From: Buchnera aphidicola str. APS (Acyrthosiphon pisum)
Lineage (GTDB): Bacteria > Pseudomonadota > Gammaproteobacteria > Enterobacterales > Enterobacteriaceae
Length of the DNA stretch: 32,000 bases
NCBI RefSeq assembly: GCF_000009605.1
Contig: NC_002528.1
Location: forward strand, 570,001-602,000
Direction of reading: 5' to 3'
Shown: positions 22,027-32,000 of the stretch, piece by piece
How the letters are laid out: each line of letters starts with the position of its first letter
Position numbering within the stretch: the stretch's first letter is position 1
The notes under the pieces: generated by a model
Database searches by the model: none
Seen by the model: the letters and a program-made list of their open reading frames with translations, nothing else
Told to the model about the DNA's origin: nothing
Made by a program: the position numbers and the translations under genes

Positions 22027-22099
22027 GGCCCTTTAGCTCAGTGGTAAGAGCAGGCGACTCATAATCGCTTGGTCGCTGGTTCAAATCCAGCAAGGGCCA
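22027..22099 (+). tRNA. tRNA-Ile2 (CAT anticodon, presumably lysidine-modified)
   Basis: GGCCCTTTAGCTCAGTGGTAAGAGCAGGCGACTCATAATCGCTTGGTCGCTGGTTCAAATCCAGCAAGGGCCA; near identical to the E. coli ileX type rather than elongator or initiator tRNA-Met. No CCA encoded. Confidence 0.92.
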
Positions 22100-22192
22100 T
22101 AAATAAAAATAAAATTATTCTAATTTTTAATTTAAGTTTTTATATATAAAATTTGCTGGGAAATGTTTAAAATTAATTAGGATTCAATTTTT

Positions 22193-22834
22193 ATGGACTG
22201 GAAGAAAGAATTTATTGATTTTTCTTTTAAAAAAAAAGTACTAAAGTTTGGAGTTTTTCAATTAAAATCAGGACGAATTAGTCCCTATTTTTTTAATTCA
22301 GGACTACTATCTACAGGGATAGATATTATTAAAATTGGTTTATTTTATGCTCGCTCTATAATAGATTCGAAAAATAAATTCGACGTTTTATTTGGACCGG
22401 CATATAAGGGAATCCCTATAGCTGTAGCCACTTCCATAGCCTTAAAAAATCACTATAATTTAAACGTACCATACTCTTTTAATCGAAAAGAATATAAAGA
22501 ACATGGAGAAAAAGGCGATCTCATTGGAAGCACAATATACAAAAAAAGAGTTATTATTTTAGATGATGTAATTACATCGGGAACTGCAATACATCATTCC
22601 ATTAAAATAATTGAGAAACAAGAAGCAAGTATTTCTTCGATATTCGTACTTTTAGATCGCAAAGAAAAAGGAATAAGAAAGTTATCTACTATCAACCATT
22701 TTAGAAATCAAAAAAGTTATAAAATAATTTCAATTATTACAATCGACGATCTAATAGAATATGTATTAGAAGATAAAAAATTAAAAGAACATATACCACA
22801 ATTAATAAAATACCGTGAAAAATACGGCATATAA
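22193..22834 (+). CDS. pyrE: orotate phosphoribosyltransferase
   Basis: 213 aa; FGPAYKGIPIAVATSIAL, RVIILDDVITSGTA (PRPP motif). Confidence 0.97.
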   Translation: MDWKKEFIDFSFKKKVLKFGVFQLKSGRISPYFFNSGLLSTGIDIIKIGLFYARSIIDSKNKFDVLFGPAYKGIPIAVATSIALKNHYNLNVPYSFNRKEYKEHGEKGDLIGSTIYKKRVIILDDVITSGTAIHHSIKIIEKQEASISSIFVLLDRKEKGIRKLSTINHFRNQKSYKIISIITIDDLIEYVLEDKKLKEHIPQLIKYREKYGI

Positions 22835-22845
22835 AAATTTTTTTA

Positions 22846-23310
22846 CTAAATTACTCCGGATACTCCAGAATGACCAAATCCCTTTTTAGAACGGGAAGTT
22901 TCATTAAAATTTTTTACTAATAAAAAACACGGCCTAATGATTGGGACAAATATTATTTGCGCCACTCTATCATGCGGGTTAACGTAAAAATCTTGATCAC
23001 TACGATTCCAGAGAGATATCATCAATTGACCTTGATAGTCAGAATCAATTAAACCAACTAAATTACCTAGTACAATACCTTTTTTATGACCTAGTCCAGA
23101 CCTAGGCAAAATTAACGCTGTAATATTAGGATTAGCAATATATATAGCTATACCAGTAGGAATTAAAATAGTTTTATGGGCTTTTAGTTTTACTGTTTCA
23201 TCTAAACAAGCTCTAAGATCTAAACCAGATGATCCTAAAGTTGCATATGAAGGTAAAGAAAAATTATTTTTCATACGTGAATCTAAAATTTTTATTTCAA
23301 TATTGCTCAT
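22846..23310 (-). CDS. dut: deoxyuridine 5'-triphosphate nucleotidohydrolase
   Basis: 154 aa; [65 protein letters not shown]. Confidence 0.98.
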   Translation of the reverse strand: MSNIEIKILDSRMKNNFSLPSYATLGSSGLDLRACLDETVKLKAHKTILIPTGIAIYIANPNITALILPRSGLGHKKGIVLGNLVGLIDSDYQGQLMISLWNRSDQDFYVNPHDRVAQIIFVPIIRPCFLLVKNFNETSRSKKGFGHSGVSGVI

Positions 23311-23353
23311 AATAAAATTATATCTTTCTTCAAATTAAATTGTTAAATTAAAA

Positions 23354-24103
23354 TTATAATGCGGACGCATAAAAACCAGAATTAATAAAAGAAACACGTG
23401 AAGACAATGAATAATTTAAATTGCCGCCTGTCCATGTTTGTACTTTTCCACCAGCCGCTATAACAATAGCATGACCAGCGGCAGTATCCCATATATGAGT
23501 ATCACCAAATCTGGGATAAATTTGAGCAGTTCCTTCTGCTATTAAGCAAAATTTTAGTGATGAACCCATTTTTTTTATTTTACAACATTTTATTTTTTCT
23601 AAATAATTTTTCAAGGTTTCATTAGGATGTGAACGGCTAATCACTAATAATGGTGCTTCTGCTTGAGCAACATTAATCTTTTTCTTTGATCCAAATTTTT
23701 CTTCTTTCCACGCGTTGTCATAAAAAGCAGAATATAGAACATCAAAAAAGGGAGCGTATATTACACCGAGTATAGGGACACCGTATTCGATCAAACTAAT
23801 ATTAACTGTAAATTCACCATTTTTTTTTAAAAATTCTTTAGTTCCATCTAACGGATCAACTAACCAATAACTATTCCAATTACGACATATTTCAAAATTA
23901 TATGATTCTTCTTCAGAAATAATTGGAATTTGAGGAGAAATTAATGAAAGTCCTTTTTTGATGATATTATTGGCTGCATAATCAACATCGGTGATGGGAG
24001 TGTTATCTGGTTTATATGAAACATTTATAAATTTTTGAGAATTATAAAGTTTCATAATACAATGACCTGCAGAACGTGCTAATTGACAAATTTTATCTAA
24101 CAT
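23354..24103 (-). CDS. cysQ: 3'(2'),5'-bisphosphate nucleotidase
   Basis: MLDKICQLARSAGHCIMKLYN; ISEEESYNF, YWLVDPLDGTKEFLKKNGEFTVNI, WDTAAGHAIVIAAGG. Internal Met 24103 chosen as start. Confidence 0.96.
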   Translation of the reverse strand: MLDKICQLARSAGHCIMKLYNSQKFINVSYKPDNTPITDVDYAANNIIKKGLSLISPQIPIISEEESYNFEICRNWNSYWLVDPLDGTKEFLKKNGEFTVNISLIEYGVPILGVIYAPFFDVLYSAFYDNAWKEEKFGSKKKINVAQAEAPLLVISRSHPNETLKNYLEKIKCCKIKKMGSSLKFCLIAEGTAQIYPRFGDTHIWDTAAGHAIVIAAGGKVQTWTGGNLNYSLSSRVSFINSGFYASAL

Positions 24104-24137
24104 TTTACGCCATATATTATTAATAGTATCAAAAAAA

Positions 24138-24590
24138 TTAATTTTTTGCAATTATTTTCACAATGAAATTAATAGAGACTTTACTGTGCGGCTGAAAAAC
24201 AACTATATGCTCACCAACTTGACGTAGTAAACCGTTAGGTAATCGTATTTCTTTTTTATTAATTTTAATACCTAACAATATGATCTCTTTAATGATGTTT
24301 CTGACTCCTACTGAACCAAATATCTTACCTTCCTTTCCAACTTTAGATAAAATTGTTATAGAATTTATTTTTTTTAATTTTTCCGCTCTTGACTGTGCTA
24401 TAAGAAGCTCGTTAATCTTTTCTTTTTCTAATGCTATACGTTGAGCTTCAAAAGATTCAATATTTTTTTTATTCGCTAAAATTGCTTTACCTTTGGGAAT
24501 TAAGAAATTTCTTGCATAACCAGATTTGACATTGATGACTGCACCTGAATCACCTAGTTTTTTTATTTTAGATAAAAGAATTACTTCCAT
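24138..24590 (-). CDS. rplI: 50S ribosomal protein L9
   Basis: 150 aa; MEVILLSKIKKLGDSGAVINVKSGYARNFLIPKGKAILA. Confidence 0.98.
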   Translation of the reverse strand: MEVILLSKIKKLGDSGAVINVKSGYARNFLIPKGKAILANKKNIESFEAQRIALEKEKINELLIAQSRAEKLKKINSITILSKVGKEGKIFGSVGVRNIIKEIILLGIKINKKEIRLPNGLLRQVGEHIVVFQPHSKVSINFIVKIIAKN

Positions 24591-24638
24591 AATTTATTAT
24601 CCCTTGTTTTATAATGTAATAATTTTAAAATATTATCT

Positions 24639-24866
<228 letters not shown>

Positions 24867-24991
24867 TTATTTTTCCTCTAAAATTATTTAGAATAATGAA
24901 ATTTTTGTACTATTTTCTAATTATTCATATTGTAAATTTTTAATTTTATTAATATGTTTTATATTTTTTAACAAAAGGCTGGTATATGAAA

Positions 24992-25333
24992 CTATTTTTT
25001 CTCTTTTTTATCATCTTTTAATTTTAAAATAGGTGATAGTTCGACTATTGCTTTTTTCACAGACATGATCATATTACGAAGGATGATGTTATTGAAACGA
25101 AAATCTGTTTCTAGAAGTGTGATAGTTTTAGGAAAAACTTCTATGTTCATTAAAATATAATGTGCTTTTTGTAATTTATTAATTGAATAAGATAGCTGAC
25201 GTCTCCCCCAATCTTCTAATCTATGTATGATGCCATTGTTATCATTAATAATTTTTTTATATTTTTCTATAAGCAGTGGTATTTTGTCGCTTTGATCAGG
25301 ATGAACCATAAATATTATTTCATAATGACGCAT
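24992..25333 (-). CDS. rpsF: 30S ribosomal protein S6
   Basis: [26 protein letters not shown]...[27 protein letters not shown]; 113 aa from the internal Met. Confidence 0.97.
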
Positions 25334-25498
25334 TAAAATGCTCCTTTTGGTTTTATTTAGCTTCCTCATAATATGAAATGTAATTTTATGCAAATTTTCA
25401 AGGAAACAAGGAACTTTTTTAAAATTACAGATGAATATTTTATACTATTTTAATTTTTTAAAAAAATCAATAATTTTTGATAAATTTAAAAACGAAAA

Positions 25499-27694
25499 TC
25501 AACTAGATTTATATAAAGACAATTCTATTTTCTTTTCATTCAGATTAACAGAAATTACTTTTACTTTTAGAGCATCGCCAAGACAATAAGTATTCTTGGT
25601 AGATTTACCGATTAATTTTAATCCTAAAGAGTCAAAATAATAATAATCATCATTTAAAGAATTGATATGAACTAGTCCATCAATAAAAAACTGATTTAAG
25701 CGGACAAAAAAACCAAATGTAGTTACGTTAGAAATAACACCATTTAGTATACAACCGATTTTTTTATACATAAAATCACATTTCAACCAATCAATGACAT
25801 CTCTATTTGCTTCATCTGCACGTCTTTCAGTTATAGAACAGTGTGCTCCTATTTTTTTTATTTCACCCGTACTATATAAATGAGCACTATAAAAATTATA
25901 ATTACTTTTTGATGTATTTTTATCTTTAAATAACAAATATTTGATAACTCTGTGTAATATAAGATCGGGATAACGTCTAATAGGTGAAGTAAAATGAACA
26001 TAACTAGATAGAGATAAACCAAAATGTCCACGATTATCTGGAGAGTATACAGCTTGCGTCATAGAACGTAATAATACAGTTTGTATCATTTCATATTCAG
26101 GACGATCAGAAACATTTTTTAATAAATTTGAATAGTGGACAGATTCAGGGGAATCCCCTCCTAACAATGTAAAACCTAATTCATTTAAAAATAAACGCAA
26201 ACTAACAACATTATCTTTTTTAGGACGATCATGATTACGAAATAAAACAGGATATTTATATTTCTCAACAAAGCGAGCTGAAGCTACATTTGCTAAAATC
26301 ATACATGATTCAATAAATTTATGTGCATCATTTCTAATATTTTGATAAATACTTTTAATTCGAAGGTTAGAATCTAAAACAAATTTAGGTTCTATATTTT
26401 CAAAATAAATACCTTTTTTAGAAATATTATCTTTATTAAAAATGTTCTGTAAACATGATAAATTTTCAATATCTTTTAAAAATTTTTTATATTTAGAACG
26501 TAGAAAAATATCGCCATTCCAGATTTTAAAAATCTCATTATACGTAAATCTTCCATGAGAACATATAATCCCTTCATAGTGTTTATAACTAATTAGTTCT
26601 CCTTGTTTTGATAAGCTCATTTCACATATTAAACATAAACGTTCTACATTAGGTTTTAAAGAACATAAATCAGTAGAAATTTTTTCTGGCAACATCGGAA
26701 TCACTAATGAAGGAAAATATACAGATGTTCCTCTTTCTAATGCTGCTTTATCTAAAGGAGTATTAGGTTGGACATAACAGCTCACATCTGCAATAGCTAC
26801 CCATAAAATCCAACCTTCTTCTGGATTTGCTTTTCTTTTACAAAAAACAGCATCATCAAAATCGCGAGCATCTTCATCATCAATTGTAAAAAAAGGGAAA
26901 TGTCGTAAATCTGTACGATTTTTAAAATCATATTGATTTATTTTTCTACTAATTTCGTATACTTGTTTCTTTACTTCTTTTGACCATAAAGAAGGAATTA
27001 AGTGTGTACGCAGTGCTATCTCTATAGCTAAATTAGTACCCATTTCTTTACCAAGAATTTCTACTATAAATCCTTGTACTCTGCTATTTCTTATAGGATG
27101 TTGTTTTAATTTTACTGATACGATAGATCCTATAGAAATATCGTCTTTAATAGCTGAGAAAATAAAAATCTTAAAATTAAAACGCGTATCATCTGGAATT
27201 ACAAATTTAATTTTATCATCAATATAATATCTACCAACAATCAATATATTGTTGGGTTGTAATAACTTTAAAAATCTTGCTGAACTCCTTCTTTTTCCAT
27301 GAGTTTCGACTATATGTGCAAGAATAATATCGCCATGAATACAGGACTTCATCTGTTCTGATGACAACCATAAGTCTTCTTTTAATGTTTCTGTTCTCAG
27401 AAAACCATAACCATCTCTGTGTCCTATAACTTTTCCTTTGACAATTTTGAGGCTTTCAGGAGCAACATAACAACGATTACTAGTATATATTACTTGACCA
27501 TCTCGTTCCATTGCTCTTAATCTTCGACGTAATGCTTTTTTTGATTCTTGATTATTAATACCGAATTTTTTTTCTAAATTTTTTTGACTTATCAGATCTT
27601 GAGATGTTCTCAGACATGATGAGATATATTCTCGACTTGGAATTGGATTTTTGTATCTTTTAGCTTCTCTTTTTTGGTAGGGATCTACTACCAT
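25499..27694 (-). CDS. rnr: ribonuclease R
   Basis: DPYQKREAKRYKNPIPSREYI; RNB domain FFTIDDEDARDFDDAVFC, ILANVASARFVEKY, AVYSPDNRGHFGLSLSSYVHFTSPIRRYPDLILHRVIK; S1 domain. About 731 aa, C-terminal basic tail of E. coli RNase R missing. Confidence 0.97.
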   Translation of the reverse strand: MVVDPYQKREAKRYKNPIPSREYISSCLRTSQDLISQKNLEKKFGINNQESKKALRRRLRAMERDGQVIYTSNRCYVAPESLKIVKGKVIGHRDGYGFLRTETLKEDLWLSSEQMKSCIHGDIILAHIVETHGKRRSSARFLKLLQPNNILIVGRYYIDDKIKFVIPDDTRFNFKIFIFSAIKDDISIGSIVSVKLKQHPIRNSRVQGFIVEILGKEMGTNLAIEIALRTHLIPSLWSKEVKKQVYEISRKINQYDFKNRTDLRHFPFFTIDDEDARDFDDAVFCKRKANPEEGWILWVAIADVSCYVQPNTPLDKAALERGTSVYFPSLVIPMLPEKISTDLCSLKPNVERLCLICEMSLSKQGELISYKHYEGIICSHGRFTYNEIFKIWNGDIFLRSKYKKFLKDIENLSCLQNIFNKDNISKKGIYFENIEPKFVLDSNLRIKSIYQNIRNDAHKFIESCMILANVASARFVEKYKYPVLFRNHDRPKKDNVVSLRLFLNELGFTLLGGDSPESVHYSNLLKNVSDRPEYEMIQTVLLRSMTQAVYSPDNRGHFGLSLSSYVHFTSPIRRYPDLILHRVIKYLLFKDKNTSKSNYNFYSAHLYSTGEIKKIGAHCSITERRADEANRDVIDWLKCDFMYKKIGCILNGVISNVTTFGFFVRLNQFFIDGLVHINSLNDDYYYFDSLGLKLIGKSTKNTYCLGDALKVKVISVNLNEKKIELSLYKSS

Positions 27695-27823
27695 ATTTAC
27701 TTCTCCATGTATATTGTTTATAATATAATTATACACTAATAAATTTAAATCGATTTCTTCTTATATATTTATTGAGAACGCAACTAAAATAGGAATTAAT
27801 ATTCAATATTTGATGTAAAAGTT

Positions 27824-29155
<1,332 letters not shown>

Positions 29156-29174
29156 TTAAATATCATGATTGAAA

Positions 29175-30113
29175 TTATAAATTTTTAATGTTGATCATAT
29201 TTTTAATATATCGAAAAAATTGACTATCTGAATCAATTAACATAATATTACGATTATTTTTAAAACTATTTTCATACGCGCGCAAACTACGAATAAAAAA
29301 GTAAAAATCTGGTTCTTTATTAAAATTTTTTGCAAATAATTTAGTTACTTCTGCTTCTCCCTGACCTTTTATTATTAAAGCTTCTTTTCGTGCTTCTGAT
29401 AATATTATAGATACTTTATAATCTGCTGATGCACGTAATTTTTCCGCTTTCTCTTGTCCTTGAGAACGTTGACTTCTAGCTACAGCTTCTCTTTCAGCTC
29501 GCATCCGATTGTATATAGCATCAGAAACTTCAACAGGTAGATTAATTTGTTTAATACGTACATCTACGACGTGAATCCCTAGTGCATTCATACTGTTAAC
29601 ATTAATTAAAGAGCTCTTTTCTAAATTCATACTACCTTTATTTAATGAATTTAAAACATCAGTTGTTAATCTACCTCTTGAATCAGTAACAATTTCTTTA
29701 ACATTAAGACGACCTATTTCAGAACGTAAACGATCACTAAATTTTCTTTTTAGTAATACTTCAGCTTGGAAAACATCTCCACCTCCAGTTGCCAGATAAT
29801 AACGACTAAAATCATTAATACGCCATTTTATATATGAATCTACAATAAGATCTTTTTTTTCTTTCGTAACAAAACGATCGGCTTGATTATCCATGGTATG
29901 AATTCGTGCATCTAACATTTTCACTGTTTCTAAAAATGGCCATTTAAAATGTAATCCAGGATTATATACTACTGTCTTTAGTTCATTATTACGGAGAACT
30001 TTTCCAAATTGTAAAACAATACCACGCTCTCCTTCTTTTACAATAAAAAAAGAAGAAGACAATATAAGGAATAAAACACTAGATGCAAAAATAAGAATTT
30101 TGTTCATATTCAT
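29175..30113 (-). CDS. hflC: HflC, modulator of FtsH protease
   Basis: 312 aa; SSFFIVKEGERGIVLQFGKV, DARIHTMDNQADRFVTKEKKDLIVDSYIKWRI. Overlaps the hflK stop by 4 nt. Confidence 0.97.
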   Translation of the reverse strand: MNMNKILIFASSVLFLILSSSFFIVKEGERGIVLQFGKVLRNNELKTVVYNPGLHFKWPFLETVKMLDARIHTMDNQADRFVTKEKKDLIVDSYIKWRINDFSRYYLATGGGDVFQAEVLLKRKFSDRLRSEIGRLNVKEIVTDSRGRLTTDVLNSLNKGSMNLEKSSLINVNSMNALGIHVVDVRIKQINLPVEVSDAIYNRMRAEREAVARSQRSQGQEKAEKLRASADYKVSIILSEARKEALIIKGQGEAEVTKLFAKNFNKEPDFYFFIRSLRAYENSFKNNRNIMLIDSDSQFFRYIKNMINIKNL

Positions 30114-31330
30114 TCTCTTCCTATTTTCTTAAGATCGCTTCGAATAGAATTAATACGGCGTTGTTCTGAAATGTTATCAGGAGATAAAAAAGGAAAATAA
30201 TTAGTATTTTTTACTTTTTTATTAAAAGGAGAATGATTTTTATTAATTTTTATATGATCTTTAAAATTTTTATTAGGTATTTTTATTTTAGAAAAAAAAT
30301 TGTCTAAAGAGAAAAAAAACATTGGGTTATTATTTGTATCAATAAATATTTTTTTATTTTTTCTTAATAATCTCTCCATAGACTCTATATAAAGACGTTT
30401 TAATGTTATTTTTTTAGCTATTCTATACTCAGGTAAGATTTTAGAAAAACGAGCTACTTCTCCTTGAGCTTGTAGAATTATACGTGATGAATATGATTTA
30501 GCTTCTTCTAAAATTCTTTGTGCTTTGCCATTAGCTTTAGGTTTAACTTCATTTGAGTACGCTTCAGCTTCTCTTACATATTGCTCACGATTTTCACGTG
30601 CTGCAATTGCATCATCAAACGCAGCCTTTACTTCTTCAGGTGGTCTTGCTGTTTGAAAATTGACATCTAATATTGTAATTCCCATTTTATATGGTTTAAT
30701 TGTGTTTTCAATTTCTTTTTGAGTATCACTTCGTACTAAAGTACGACCTTCTGTTAGTACTCGATCCATAGTTGAATGACCAATTACACCTCTTAATGCA
30801 CTATCTGTTGCTTGACGCAAGCTATCATCTGGATAACAAACGGAAAAAAGATAATCAGCAGGATTAGTTATTTTATATTGTACATTCATCTCAACACGTA
30901 CTACATTTTCATCAGCAGTTAACATGATACCTGACGTAGCTAATTCACGGACAGTTTCAACATTTACAGGTTTAACTTCATTAAAAAAAACAGGTCTCCA
31001 ATTTAATCCTGGTTGTACTAAATGACTGAATTTACCGAAACTAGTAACAACGCCACGTTCAGCTTCTGTAATAGTATAAAAACCACTAACACCCCAAATA
31101 AAAAAACTTATAAATATTATTATTGAAAAGGGATAGGTTATTTTTTTTGATGAATTTGAAGAATCAGTTTTTTTAGTAATAATATTTTTAAGATTATATA
31201 AAAAGTTTTTTATATCTAATACAGTAGTTTTTTTTTCATGTTTGTTATCTGAACAGTTTTTACTTTTACTGTCCTTATTCCCCCACGGATCAAAATCAGG
31301 TTTATTATTATTTGGTTTATTCCAAACCAT
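30110..31330 (-). CDS. hflK: HflK, modulator of FtsH protease
   Basis: MVWNKPNNNKPDFDPWG; YTITEAERGVVTSFGKFSHLVQPGLNWRP, band-7/SPFH domain; about 406 aa. Confidence 0.97.
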   Translation of the reverse strand: MVWNKPNNNKPDFDPWGNKDSKSKNCSDNKHEKKTTVLDIKNFLYNLKNIITKKTDSSNSSKKITYPFSIIIFISFFIWGVSGFYTITEAERGVVTSFGKFSHLVQPGLNWRPVFFNEVKPVNVETVRELATSGIMLTADENVVRVEMNVQYKITNPADYLFSVCYPDDSLRQATDSALRGVIGHSTMDRVLTEGRTLVRSDTQKEIENTIKPYKMGITILDVNFQTARPPEEVKAAFDDAIAARENREQYVREAEAYSNEVKPKANGKAQRILEEAKSYSSRIILQAQGEVARFSKILPEYRIAKKITLKRLYIESMERLLRKNKKIFIDTNNNPMFFFSLDNFFSKIKIPNKNFKDHIKINKNHSPFNKKVKNTNYFPFLSPDNISEQRRINSIRSDLKKIGRE

Positions 31331-31486
31331 CGTGTACCTCATTTATTAGTTTTTTTACTAAAACAAATTTTAAAATAATTTAAAAGTTATATTTTTTTAT
31401 CATTAGATCTGAAAAAAGATATAATTAAAATAAAACATCTTATACTTTTATAAGTAAAAATAAATTTTTTATAAATATGATAATAT

Positions 31487-32000
31487 TTATACAGAAAAAT
31501 CGTTCTTTTCAAGTACATCTAATACTTTTTTTGCTAAAATAGTAGAAGTAGAATGGTATTCTATTTTGTTAATATTTTTCCAGTTTTTTAACCATGTCAA
31601 TTGATGTTTAGCAAGTTTTCTCGTAGCATGTATTATCTTATTGAACATATCTTTATAACTATTTTTATATTCAAGATATTCCCACATTTGACGATATCCT
31701 ATACATCGAATAGATGGTAAATTTTTATGTAAATCTCCTCTTAAAAATAATATTTCGACTTCTTTTTGAAAACCTAACATCAACATTTTTTTTATGCGAA
31801 GTTCAATTTTATTGTTTAACCATTCTTTATTCGGAGGTATAATTGCAAATTGAAAAATATTATATGGTAATTTATAGTTATTCTTTTTTTTTAATTCTGT
31901 TAAACTTTTTCCAGAAAGATAAAAAATTTCTAGAGCTCTTATTAACCTTTGAAAATCATTTTTATGAATTCGACTCGCAGAGATGGGATCTATTAATTTT
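31487..32000 (-). CDS. miaA: tRNA dimethylallyltransferase, 5' part runs off the window
   Basis: The frame stays open to the window end: ...LIDPISASRIHKNDFQRLIRALEIFYLSGKSLTEL...MLMLGFQKEVEILFLRGDLHKNLPSIRCIGYRQMWEYL...RQLAKHQLTWL-like C-terminus. Confidence 0.95.
   Translation of the reverse strand, partial: KLIDPISASRIHKNDFQRLIRALEIFYLSGKSLTELKKKNNYKLPYNIFQFAIIPPNKEWLNNKIELRIKKMLMLGFQKEVEILFLRGDLHKNLPSIRCIGYRQMWEYLEYKNSYKDMFNKIIHATRKLAKHQLTWLKNWKNINKIEYHSTSTILAKKVLDVLEKNDFSV

Noticed and set aside
31487-31786. miaA looked N-terminally truncated in the ORF track
   Set aside because: The frame stays open with homologous sequence (LIDPISASRIHKNDFQRLIRALEIF...) to the window edge; the ORF track just began at an internal ATG.

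Overview
AT-rich window (no plasmid, phage or CRISPR signs) whose proteins, gene order and size match the chromosome of a reduced gammaproteobacterial endosymbiont of the Buchnera aphidicola type. Content: trpS, rpe, aroB, aroK, tRNA-Ser(GGA), deoD, deoB, prfC, nfuA, ssb, dnaB, gshB, ruvX, yggS, hemW, trmB, mutY, yggX, murI, sbcB, tmaR, tRNA-Asn(GTT), tRNA-Ile2(CAT), pyrE, dut, cysQ, rplI, rpsR, rpsF, rnr, purA, hflC, hflK and the 3' part of miaA. I found no new defence, mobile or biosynthetic system. The most interesting signal is that three genes (yggS, murI, sbcB) are each broken by one apparently missing base inside a homopolymer tract (A10, A7, and T7 on the coding strand). Adding one base to the tract restores a full-length protein in all three. 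This fits gene function being rescued by polymerase slippage, early decay, or sequencing error. Other notable points are a G8 run in the glycine-rich loop of gshB, a GC-rich dyad island upstream of aroK, a terminator-like hairpin next to ssb, a 25-codon leader ORF abutting dnaB, large degenerate spacers, and the absence of hfq/hflX between miaA and hflK.
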